A stretch of DNA of 64,000 bases, from assembly GCA_050747085.1 (NCBI GenBank), contig JBOGNK010000175.1, forward strand, positions 1,229-65,228, in the 5' to 3' direction. Position 1 is the first letter of the stretch, and every line of letters starts with the position of its first letter. The position numbers and the translations under genes were made by a program. Source of the DNA: Candidatus Acidiferrales bacterium. Lineage in GTDB: Bacteria > Acidobacteriota > Terriglobia > Acidiferrales > UBA7541. Below, piece by piece: positions 56,267 to 64,000 of the stretch. The notes under the pieces are model-generated. The model was not told where the DNA came from and did not search any database. It saw only the letters and a program-made list of their open reading frames with translations.

Positions 56267-56490
56267 CGCCGAAGCCCCCTCATTCGTCTAATATGCTTAT
56301 CTGCCAGCATAGACAGGCGAAACGAAATCGCGAATCTAGCATCTAAGATTGACCGGGTGCAAGCGACGGTCGGCGTAACTGCGACGATTTCTGAAGAACA
56401 GGCAAAAACGGATAGAAGCGCTACATGGGTGCGATCGGGAGCGCAGCGCTCGGGGATCGGAAGCCCCGACAGGAACTTCCAAGGGGAATC

Positions 56491-57633
56491 ATGAAAATCG
56501 GGATCACGTGCTATCCAACGTATGGCGGGTCGGGAGTGGTGGCAACGGAGCTAGGGATCGAATTGGCGGCGCGCGGGCACGAAGTGCATTTCATCAGCTA
56601 TGCAGTCCCCATTCGACTGCAGAACATGGGCGACAACATTCATTTCCACGAAGTCGAAGTAACCACCTACCCCCTATTCGATCATCCGCCGTACACGCTG
56701 GCGCTCGCGACGAAAATGATTGAGGTTGCCGATTCGGCTGGTCTGGACTTGCTGCACGTGCACTATGCAATTCCCCACTCGGTCAGCGCGATGCTCGCCC
56801 GCATGATGTCCGGATCGAGAAGGCTTCCGTTCATTACCACTCTTCATGGCACCGATATCACACTCGTGGGCAACGATCGTAGTTATCTTCCCATCACGCG
56901 GTTTTCGATCGAGCAGAGCGATGGCGTCACGACCATCTCCAAATACCTGCGCGACCGCACCATCCGCGAATTTGAAGTCAAGAACCCGATCGAAGTGATC
57001 CCGAACTTCGTCAACTGCGACTATTACAAGCGCAGCGATGATCCCTTATTGCGCTCCAAATGGGCGGCGAATGGCGAGCCGATTTTGATGCACTTGTCGA
57101 ATTTCAGACCCGTGAAGCGCGTTACCGACGCGGTCGAGATTTTCGCTCTGGTCCGCCAGAAAATGCCTGCGAAACTCGTGCTCGTAGGAGATGGACCCGA
57201 CCGCGGCGCCGCCGAATACAGCGTCCGCCGGAAGAAGCTGCAGAAAGATGTGCTCTTCCTCGGCAAGCAGGACCGCGTCCAGGAGAAGCTCGGGATCGCT
57301 GACCTGTTTCTGCTTCCCAGCGACCTGGAGTCATTTGGGCTGGCCGCGCTCGAGGCAATGGCCTGCGAGGTTCCGGTGATCGCGACGAACGTCGGCGGAT
57401 TGCCAGAAGTGGTGACGCACGGGGCGGACGGCTATCTCGTCGAACCGCGCGACGTGGAAACAGCGGCAAAATATGCGATCGAGATTCTGTCGCGGCCGGA
57501 CCGTGGCCGCGCCATGGGCCAACAAGCGCGTACGGATGCCCGCAAGCATTATTGCGCGAACGACGTGATTCCGATGTACGAAGCCTACTACGAGAAGGTG
57601 CTGAACTCTACGCGCTCCGTTGCACGGGCGTGA
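56491..57633 (+). CDS. bshA: N-acetyl-alpha-D-glucosaminyl L-malate synthase (GT4), bacillithiol pathway
   Basis: MKIGITCYPTYGGSGVVATELGIELAARGHEVHFIS...IHFHEVEV...TTLHGTDITLVG...SNFRPVKRV...ESFGLAALEAMACEVP is collinear with my recollection of Bacillus BshA. Confidence 0.8.
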   Translation: MKIGITCYPTYGGSGVVATELGIELAARGHEVHFISYAVPIRLQNMGDNIHFHEVEVTTYPLFDHPPYTLALATKMIEVADSAGLDLLHVHYAIPHSVSAMLARMMSGSRRLPFITTLHGTDITLVGNDRSYLPITRFSIEQSDGVTTISKYLRDRTIREFEVKNPIEVIPNFVNCDYYKRSDDPLLRSKWAANGEPILMHLSNFRPVKRVTDAVEIFALVRQKMPAKLVLVGDGPDRGAAEYSVRRKKLQKDVLFLGKQDRVQEKLGIADLFLLPSDLESFGLAALEAMACEVPVIATNVGGLPEVVTHGADGYLVEPRDVETAAKYAIEILSRPDRGRAMGQQARTDARKHYCANDVIPMYEAYYEKVLNSTRSVARA

Positions 57634-58528
57634 CTTTTATCCTCGGACGAGGCCGGTGGCCAAGCGACGGGACCGACTCGCGAGTCCCGCGCGATTGGCG
57701 GTGAGGCTTTTGCCCGGGCCCTGATTCCGGGGCGGCGATCGGCACAGGCTCGAGCGACTGCGCGGCCGAGTCGATATCCGCCTGCGCGAACCTCGTCTTC
57801 GCACCCGGCGAGTTCATGAACACGATCCGGAATTGCCGGTCGCGACCGTCAAACATCCGCAGCGCCACAGGCTGCCCACGAGAAGCATCGCCAAACTCGA
57901 AGCCTTCATTGCTGCCGAACTGTATTGAGTGAAGCCCAGGCTCCGCATCCGGTCCAAACGCGATTTTCCAGAGTAAAAGCTGATTCATCCGGGTCGCTTC
58001 GGCGGTCGAGCTCCACGGCGACACCGACGCGGGTGAAGCGTTGTAAACCATTTTGTAGATCGAGTAATTCGTATCGAACGTCTGCCCGCCGAACGCACTC
58101 GCGAACCGTTGATATTCCGTCGGATTTTCGGAATTCAGCTTACTCTGCATGTCGGCCTGTCCCTGAGGATCGAAGAACAGCACTATCGGTCCCGAATCGA
58201 AATGGAATTCCGTGTATCCCGGGCCCTCGTCGCTCTTGGGCTTTCCCGGCCACGGAACTTTGAATTGGAAGCCGAAGGCTTGCAGTTGCGTGTTGCCATC
58301 CGCAATCGGCGCCGAACTCAGAGGTTTCGGCACCTCCTTGATCCACGGATTCGCGCTGGCCCAGTGATTTGCCTCGAACCAAACCAGCGTCTGCAACCCA
58401 AACACAATGCAGTAAGCGGCCACCACGATCGCGGCGAGCATCAGAAGGATGGTTGGAAGGGCGCTGCTCGTCTCCGGCTTAGGCCCGGCGACTTTCTTTA
58501 CGATTCTGCGCTTCACAATCGTTGCCAC
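57608..58528 (-). CDS. Hypothetical membrane-anchored protein
   Basis: TM segment ILLMLAAIVVAAYCIVFGL. The 3' end overlaps the bshA 3' end convergently by 26 nt. Confidence 0.4.
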   Translation of the reverse strand: MATIVKRRIVKKVAGPKPETSSALPTILLMLAAIVVAAYCIVFGLQTLVWFEANHWASANPWIKEVPKPLSSAPIADGNTQLQAFGFQFKVPWPGKPKSDEGPGYTEFHFDSGPIVLFFDPQGQADMQSKLNSENPTEYQRFASAFGGQTFDTNYSIYKMVYNASPASVSPWSSTAEATRMNQLLLWKIAFGPDAEPGLHSIQFGSNEGFEFGDASRGQPVALRMFDGRDRQFRIVFMNSPGAKTRFAQADIDSAAQSLEPVPIAAPESGPGQKPHRQSRGTRESVPSLGHRPRPRIKVTPVQRSA

Positions 58529-58766
58529 GACTCACTCCCTATTGGCATTTTACGCTCACCGGAAATAGCCGTGCCACTCACGCGTCGAGCTCTCCCCAAT
58601 TTCGATGGCGTTGCCAATGCTTCGTGCCGTATCAGTCCCGATCACGCCGTGATCAAGCCACGCCAATTCGCGCGGTGGATTGCGAGCGCAGCGGGAAGCT
58701 GCAAAACAAGTAAGTTTGCCTTCGCATTTCAGAATTGAAAATCCGACTGCGGGCAGAAACCGGTGA

Positions 58767-59234
58767 TTATGCCCTTTTATGTCGCCGATTCCGCAGCCAA
58801 ATCGATGTTCGGATCGCTTTCCGCATCCACCAGAGTACGAATGCTACCAGGAACCATGCCGCGAGCGCGCCGAGCAGGGTGCTCGTGGTGTGCTGCGTCG
58901 GCAGGAACTGCCAAGCGACAGCGCCAAACACCATGAGCCCAATCGCGCCCATAGCGGCCCCGCGCGCATCGAGCGCAGCAGCCGCCGCAGCGCGGCGATC
59001 GCCTCTCAGTCCAGCGCGTTCCATTTCTTCATCCTCGTGCTTGGCGACCAGCGTCGCAGCCGCGGGAAAAATCGCTGGAAACGCCATGAACAGCCCACCG
59101 AGTCCCGGCCCCCACCCCTTTGCAATCAAGCCTGTAATCACCGTCACAACCCCGCCGAAAAGAAACCGCACGCCGATTTCGCGCCATCGCGTTCTGTGGA
59201 GGCCCCGGGGATCGAACGTGACGCGGATCGGCAT
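58767..59234 (-). CDS. DUF3147-like small polytopic membrane protein
   Basis: RFLFGGVVTVITGLIAKGWGPGLGGLFMAFPAIFPAAATLV. Paralogous to the upstream gene. Confidence 0.5.
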   Translation of the reverse strand: MPIRVTFDPRGLHRTRWREIGVRFLFGGVVTVITGLIAKGWGPGLGGLFMAFPAIFPAAATLVAKHEDEEMERAGLRGDRRAAAAAALDARGAAMGAIGLMVFGAVAWQFLPTQHTTSTLLGALAAWFLVAFVLWWMRKAIRTSIWLRNRRHKRA

Positions 59235-59240
59235 CGTCTG

Positions 59241-59585
59241 CTATCTCAGGAACACGAACCACAGGCCAAGACTCGTGACGACCCACAGAACCAGAAGGGC
59301 CGATGCGGTCGCCAGAGTTTTTGTGCGATAGCGCGCGAGGATCCACGTAACGGCGCAGGCGTACACAAAAAACGCAGCAGCGCCAACGATCATTGAGCGG
59401 GATTCCAGGCTCGCAAAGTGTGTTCCCTGGCGCGCCAGCGTCAGCGATAACGTCGCCAGAGCAACGGAAGGGGCCGCCGCAAATAGTCCTGCGAAACTCC
59501 GCTGCTTAAACAGCCCGCCGAGGACGGAGAAGCCGGAGACAATCGCACCCCCAACCAGGAACCGATAGACGATCTCGTGGAACAA
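59241..59585 (-). CDS. DUF3147-like small polytopic membrane protein
   Basis: YRFLVGGAIVSGFSVLGGLFKQRSFAGLFAAAPSVALATLSL. Confidence 0.5.
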   Translation of the reverse strand: MFHEIVYRFLVGGAIVSGFSVLGGLFKQRSFAGLFAAAPSVALATLSLTLARQGTHFASLESRSMIVGAAAFFVYACAVTWILARYRTKTLATASALLVLWVVTSLGLWFVFLR

Positions 59586-59688
59586 GCGCCGGTCCGCCTC
59601 CGAGCGAGAATTGAAGCAGGCGGACCGGTATTTAGCAAGTGAGGGAAGAACCGTTCACGTTCAGACAGTTGTCTCAAACGCCGCGTCA

Positions 59689-60825
59689 TTAATGGGCGCT
59701 TTCACGAAGCAGCTTCACCAGGTACGACTGCCATACAGCCGGCAGACTGTGCGTCCCATGCCCGCGCGTCTTGTCCGAGATCGGCAGCAGAACGAATTGA
59801 CCGTGGCGCACCTCCTTGATTTCCTTCGGCACGATGTTCAGTTCCGGAGGGTTCACCTGATCGTCGGCAGAATTGATTGCCATCACCCACGTTTTGATCG
59901 TTCCCAATTTCGGTGAGGGGTCATAGTCGCGGGACGAATTGAACGCGTATAGCATGTCGTTGGCGTCCGTCACCTCCAACTCGCGTTTCATATATCTCTC
60001 CGCGGCCTGATCCGCAAGCTGCTGGGTGGGAGCGCTTTTCTGCTCGCAAAGCGGGCAACTGACCAGCACGAACAGCAAGTTGGCCGCTCCTCGGATCCCG
60101 CATTCGGGCTCTTTCGTGTAATTGCCATTCTCCCACGCGGGATCGTTGCGAATCGAATCCATCAGCATGCGCCGGATCATGCGGTTGCGCCCGGAAATCT
60201 GGATGGGCAGGCACGCGAGCGGCAGTGCCGCATCCATAAAGTCAGGATATTTTTCCGCCCACACCCACGTGTGCATGCAGCCCATCGACGTGCCCCCGAC
60301 CAGACGCAAGTGGTTCACATGCAAAGCTTCCGTGACGACGAGATGTTCCCCGCGAACCATGTCGTCGTAGTCATAATTCGGGAACTTTGTACGCATCCCG
60401 TCGCTTGGCTTGCTCGAGTGTCCGTGGCCGATGTCGTCCGTCAGAATAATGAAATATTTGTTCGCGTCGAGCAGTTCACCCGGACCGAACAGCACGCCCG
60501 CGAAATTCGGGCTAAGGAATTGGTGCCCGGTGCCGCCCGTTCCGTGCATAAAAAGGATGGCGTTCGTAACGCGCCCCTTGGCGTCGCGCCTCGGATGTCC
60601 GAGCGTCGTGTAGTGCAGCCGAAGCTCAGGCATCGTCTGCCCGTCGTGGAAATGGAAATCATGAACTGTGTAATCCGCCTCTACGGGATGCAAGCTGGCT
60701 GCGATTTCCTTGGGCGTGTCCTTCTGCGGCGATTGCGTGTTTGCTCTTGCAGCAAGCGGTGAGCCGGCAGCAAACAGAAGGAATAAAGCCAATGTCGAGA
60801 ATTGCGGCGTGCAAACCATTTTCAT
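59689..60825 (-). CDS. Secreted alpha/beta-fold hydrolase (MetX/homoserine acetyltransferase-like fold)
   Basis: Signal peptide MKMVCTPQFSTLALFLLFAAGSPLAARA. Nucleophile elbow GGTSMGCMH. Start moved to ATG 60825. Confidence 0.7.
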   Translation of the reverse strand: MKMVCTPQFSTLALFLLFAAGSPLAARANTQSPQKDTPKEIAASLHPVEADYTVHDFHFHDGQTMPELRLHYTTLGHPRRDAKGRVTNAILFMHGTGGTGHQFLSPNFAGVLFGPGELLDANKYFIILTDDIGHGHSSKPSDGMRTKFPNYDYDDMVRGEHLVVTEALHVNHLRLVGGTSMGCMHTWVWAEKYPDFMDAALPLACLPIQISGRNRMIRRMLMDSIRNDPAWENGNYTKEPECGIRGAANLLFVLVSCPLCEQKSAPTQQLADQAAERYMKRELEVTDANDMLYAFNSSRDYDPSPKLGTIKTWVMAINSADDQVNPPELNIVPKEIKEVRHGQFVLLPISDKTRGHGTHSLPAVWQSYLVKLLRESAH

Positions 60826-60997
60826 CGGAACCTCCGTCGTTGCGCACTTTAAATTCAAACAGAAAAATGCGCAAGCGCACGCGAGCACGCTCTTTTATTG
60901 CAGCGACAAACCGGGTGTTCACTGCGAGGAAAAACGAAAGCCCCCGAACGAGACGGGAAAGCGCGACTCCGCTTTACGAAAGTGGGTGTGAGCCGTC

Positions 60998-62602
60998 TCA
61001 GGCGCTTTGAGTACGAGCGGCACTGGCGACCACGGGAAGTGTCACGTCGATTTGCGTATGGCCCGCTTCCGATGTGATTTCAAGGTTGCCGCCCAGCTCG
61101 CGAACGCGTTCTCGCATGCTCGCGAGCCCAACGCCGCGCGCGGCCCCGTTTGTGCCGGACATTTCGCCGGCGCTCATTCCTTTTCCGTGGTCTTCGATCC
61201 TCAGCCTAAGTTCGTTGCTGTCACAGACGAGCCGTATTCCTGCCGTCGGGCTGCCCGAATGGCGATGAATGTTCGTCAGCCCTTCCTGAACGAGACGGAA
61301 AAGCGACGTTTCCATTTCGGCCGGCAGGCGATTCAAAGCTGCCGGAACCTCGAGGTTTACGCCGATTCCGCTGCGCTCTGAAAACCCCTCGACATACCAC
61401 TGGAGCGCCGAAATCAGCCCGAACTCGTCGAGCAGCGGCGGATGCAGCAGGTAAGAAAGCGTGCGGACGTCGCGCAAGCATTCGTTCGCCATCTCGATGC
61501 TCTCGGTCAGCAGGGCGTGGGCGTCCGGATCGAGCTTCTCGCACGTTCGCTTCAGCTTGGAAAGCGACATCAGCAAAAGGCTGAGGTTCTGACCTTCGCT
61601 GTCGTGCAATTCTCGCGCGATGCGCCGGCGTTCCTGGTCCTGCAGGTTCATCAGGCGAATGGAAAGCTGCCTCAGGTCCTGTTCCGCTCGTTTGCGGTCG
61701 GTGATGTCGCGAGTGACGCAGATGATGCCGCGCAGCTTCCCTGCTTCGTCTCGAAGGGACGTGAGGATCACGTTCGCCCAAAAATGGGAGCCGTCGCCGC
61801 GGAGCCGCCAGCCTTCGGACTCGACGCGGTCTTCCGTGCTGGCGATTTGCAGATCGATTTCCGGCTGCCGGCGTTCCACGTCCGCCTGCTCGTAAAAACC
61901 GGAAAAATGGCGGCCGACGATCTGATTCGCCGTAAACGTGTGGACGCGCTCCGCGCCCGAATCCCACGTCATGACGTTGCCGCTTGGATCGAGCACGAAA
62001 ATCGCGTAATCCCTGATGTTCGACAGCACCAGGCGGTTCCGTTCTTCGTGCTCTGTTAGCGCTCGCTCGGCGAGCACGCGCTCCAATTCCGCGCGCTTTT
62101 GTTGCGACAGGTCTGTCGCTACAAGGCACAGCGCGTCTGTTCCCGAATCATTGAACGGACTAATCGAGAGCTGCGACGGCAGCACCGCCCCGCCCTCTTG
62201 TGGAAGGTCCACTTCGCAACGGATTGCCCCCTTCCCCGCGCGAAGAAGGATTTCCCGGATAGCCGGACGCATTTGTGGAGAGAAGAAATCCACAAAAGAT
62301 TTGCCGATCAGTTTTTCGAGGAGCTGTCCGATCATATTGGCGAACTGCCGATTGCTATAGAGGATCGTCCCGTCGGGCAGAAGAGTCGCGGCGCCCTCGT
62401 TGATCGCTTCCACCATCACGCGGTAGGGATGCTCTGCGCCCTGAAGCGTGTAAATCTGATCGCCTTCGGGCCCGGATACGACGAGCGCGTCTACCTCGCC
62501 TCGCTGAATCGCTCCCAGCGATTCTTCCACCTCGGTGAGGCGGCTCCTGAGACGCTGAATCTCGACCATCCACTTCTTCTTGGCGTTGGGTGATTCAGTC
62601 AT
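60998..62602 (-). CDS. Cytoplasmic PAS-PAS sensor histidine kinase (HisKA_3/NarL-type)
   Basis: Two PAS-like segments, an H-box ARELHDSEGQNL, and HATPase boxes (LVQEGLTNIHRHS, DHGKGM, GVGLASMRERV). Confidence 0.85.
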   Translation of the reverse strand: MTESPNAKKKWMVEIQRLRSRLTEVEESLGAIQRGEVDALVVSGPEGDQIYTLQGAEHPYRVMVEAINEGAATLLPDGTILYSNRQFANMIGQLLEKLIGKSFVDFFSPQMRPAIREILLRAGKGAIRCEVDLPQEGGAVLPSQLSISPFNDSGTDALCLVATDLSQQKRAELERVLAERALTEHEERNRLVLSNIRDYAIFVLDPSGNVMTWDSGAERVHTFTANQIVGRHFSGFYEQADVERRQPEIDLQIASTEDRVESEGWRLRGDGSHFWANVILTSLRDEAGKLRGIICVTRDITDRKRAEQDLRQLSIRLMNLQDQERRRIARELHDSEGQNLSLLLMSLSKLKRTCEKLDPDAHALLTESIEMANECLRDVRTLSYLLHPPLLDEFGLISALQWYVEGFSERSGIGVNLEVPAALNRLPAEMETSLFRLVQEGLTNIHRHSGSPTAGIRLVCDSNELRLRIEDHGKGMSAGEMSGTNGAARGVGLASMRERVRELGGNLEITSEAGHTQIDVTLPVVASAARTQSA

Positions 62603-62616
62603 CGAGTTCCACCGAC

Positions 62617-62955
62617 CTACTCGGGCAAACCGAGCGCGATTATTACTCGGCTGGAGTTCGAGAAGTCACCGACCAGCTTTCTCGACGGCTCCGGTAGTTT
62701 CTTCACCAAAGTCGGAGCTGCAATGATCTGAGCTTCCCGAGCTTGGGCGGGTTGCTGGTAGATATCGATCACGTCGAGCTCGTAATGGTCTTTCAGGTGT
62801 TCCTCGCAGAATTTCTTCACCTTGATCACTGCCGATTTTGCCCGTGGCGTCGAACCCGTGATATAAAGCCGAAGAACGTATCCCGATTCCTTTTTTGTGT
62901 GTCCCCGCTGCTTCTCGGTCTTCCCAGTTCCGCTCTTTTGCACCCGCTTTTTCAT
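62617..62955 (-). CDS. kaiB: KaiB-family protein (second copy, Lys-rich N-terminal extension)
   Basis: YVLRLYITGSTPRAKSAV...APTLVKKLPEPSRKLVGDFS. Start moved to ATG 62955. Confidence 0.85.
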   Translation of the reverse strand: MKKRVQKSGTGKTEKQRGHTKKESGYVLRLYITGSTPRAKSAVIKVKKFCEEHLKDHYELDVIDIYQQPAQAREAQIIAAPTLVKKLPEPSRKLVGDFSNSSRVIIALGLPE

Positions 62956-62963
62956 CCCTGCTC

Positions 62964-63287
62964 CTAAACTGTTTCTTCGAGCGCCAATCCCACTAAGACG
63001 CGTTGTTTGTCGGATAAGTCGCCAATAATCTTCCGTATGGGCTCGGGCATCTGTCGTACCAGGGTGGGTATGGCAAAGATCTGGTTTTCGCGCGCCAGTT
63101 CCGGCTTGCGGGCCAGATCGACGATCTCGATCTTGTACTGTCCCTTGAGCTTTGCTTCGCAAATCGCATTCAAGTTGCTAAGTGCGGCGAGCGATTTCGG
63201 CGTCTGTCCCGCAATGTAGAGGCGCAGAATCCAGTGCTGCCCGTCGCCGTTGCCGTTACCGCTTTTCTTACTCTGCGACTTCTTCAT
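62964..63287 (-). CDS. kaiB: Circadian clock protein KaiB homolog
   Basis: [21 protein letters not shown]...[25 protein letters not shown] overlap with the kaiC stop. Confidence 0.9.
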   Translation of the reverse strand: MKKSQSKKSGNGNGDGQHWILRLYIAGQTPKSLAALSNLNAICEAKLKGQYKIEIVDLARKPELARENQIFAIPTLVRQMPEPIRKIIGDLSDKQRVLVGLALEETV

Positions 63288-64000
63288 TTCCGTTCCAGGA
63301 CTGGTGTGGATTTGCCGTGCGCCCCGTTCGACGAGCGGCTCTTCGCAAAGGCAAGGCGGTCGGCGCCGCGCTGGTTCCGCGTCGCTTCCACCTCTTCCAG
63401 CATCGACGCCGCTTCCTTCTCGGCAACCTCGTACTCCGCGCGGAGAGCGGTGATCTGCGCCTCAATCGTCTTGCGTTTCGTTTCCAAGGTGAAGCGCTTC
63501 CGTTCCTGCTCGTGCTGCACTCGAAGCTGCTCCGCGCTTTCCTGCGCTTCCTGGATCATTCGAGACGTCCCCGTAAGCACGCCATGCGTCCCCAGGTAGG
63601 CCGGTACCAGCTCGACGCCATGGCTGCTCATTCGGAATTCTCGAACCTGATTCGAATGTGCCATGCCGCGCGACTTGATCACATACATCGCGCGGTTCCG
63701 TTCGCCGTTGGACTCCAGATCGCGTACCAGAAGCCACGTGTCGATCAGCGACGAAATCGCCACATCGCTTGTCTCCGCAGCCGAACTGGCATTGGTCAAA
63801 CTGGTGTACATCGCTGTGATCTGCTTCATCTTCAGAAAATCAATGAATCGCGTCAGCACAGACTTGACCTCCGACTGGTCGCTGGCAGCCGTGATCAGAT
63901 TCGTGACAGGGTCCAAAACCACCGTGTCCGGTTTAAATTCGTCGACGGCCTTATGCAGCCGCACCAAGTGCATTTCCAGGCTGTAGCTCGACGGCCGCCA
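63284..64000 (-). CDS. kaiC: KaiC homolog, C-terminal (CII) part only; N-terminus lies beyond the right window edge
   Basis: ...[30 protein letters not shown]..., [37 protein letters not shown]. The frame stays open to nt 64000. Confidence 0.9.
   Translation of the reverse strand, partial: WRPSSYSLEMHLVRLHKAVDEFKPDTVVLDPVTNLITAASDQSEVKSVLTRFIDFLKMKQITAMYTSLTNASSAAETSDVAISSLIDTWLLVRDLESNGERNRAMYVIKSRGMAHSNQVREFRMSSHGVELVPAYLGTHGVLTGTSRMIQEAQESAEQLRVQHEQERKRFTLETKRKTIEAQITALRAEYEVAEKEAASMLEEVEATRNQRGADRLAFAKSRSSNGAHGKSTPVLERK

Noticed and set aside
61221-62129. 302-aa minus-strand ORF in an alternative frame of the histidine kinase gene
   Set aside because: It is on the same strand but off-frame relative to a kinase with intact PAS, H-box and ATPase motifs. 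It is Arg/Pro-rich and low in complexity.
1-64000. Search for CRISPR arrays, tRNA/rRNA genes, IS elements, integrases, toxin-antitoxin pairs and known defence-system hallmarks
   Set aside because: I saw no direct-repeat/spacer arrays, no tRNA-like intergenic segments, no transposase, integrase or recombinase motifs, and no nuclease/helicase/ATPase defence signatures. Reading by eye cannot fully exclude small ncRNAs or MITEs.

Overview
High-GC chromosomal segment, most likely from an Acidobacteriota genome. The taxonomic call rests on three ADOP-type MacB-like orphan permeases and an acidobacterial-type PadR regulator. I support about 58 protein-coding genes. I recognised no rRNA, tRNA, CRISPR array, IS element or prophage. 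All family calls come from motif recognition by eye on the supplied translations, and no database search was run. Layout: (i) 0-7.9 kb holds a partial secreted protein, a hypothetical gene, and PadR with two tandem ADOP permeases behind a duplicated palindromic operator. (ii) 7.9-25.5 kb is an uninterrupted minus-strand cell-surface/accessory block with three parts. The first is a synthase-dependent exopolysaccharide operon (WecB, processive GT2 with QxxRW, beta-helix protein, PgaB-like deacetylase, beta-barrel porin, polytopic membrane protein). The second is a type IV minor-pilin operon (FimT/PilV/PilW/giant PilX-like). The third is the most interesting locus: a translationally coupled RiPP-like operon. 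It encodes a 42-aa Cys-containing peptide, a soluble S24/S26-type peptidase, an HPr-kinase-like P-loop protein, a PqqD RRE and a radical SAM/SPASM enzyme. It combines a lasso-style leader, RRE and kinase with rSAM chemistry and has no lasso cyclase. (iii) 25.7-60.9 kb is mostly housekeeping: an orphan AmmeMemoRadiSam rSAM, a third ADOP, dual PilZ, ribBA, greA, glpX, pdxR-pdxS-pdxT, GH2, thrC, M14 peptidase, AKR, yggS, tmk, holB, an Hfq-like Sm protein and bshA. (iv) The right edge holds a KaiA-less kaiC-kaiB-kaiB-PAS histidine kinase operon, with a coiled-coil C-terminal extension on KaiC. Many long ORFs in the track are opposite-strand or off-frame shadows of real genes, which is typical for this GC content, and were rejected.
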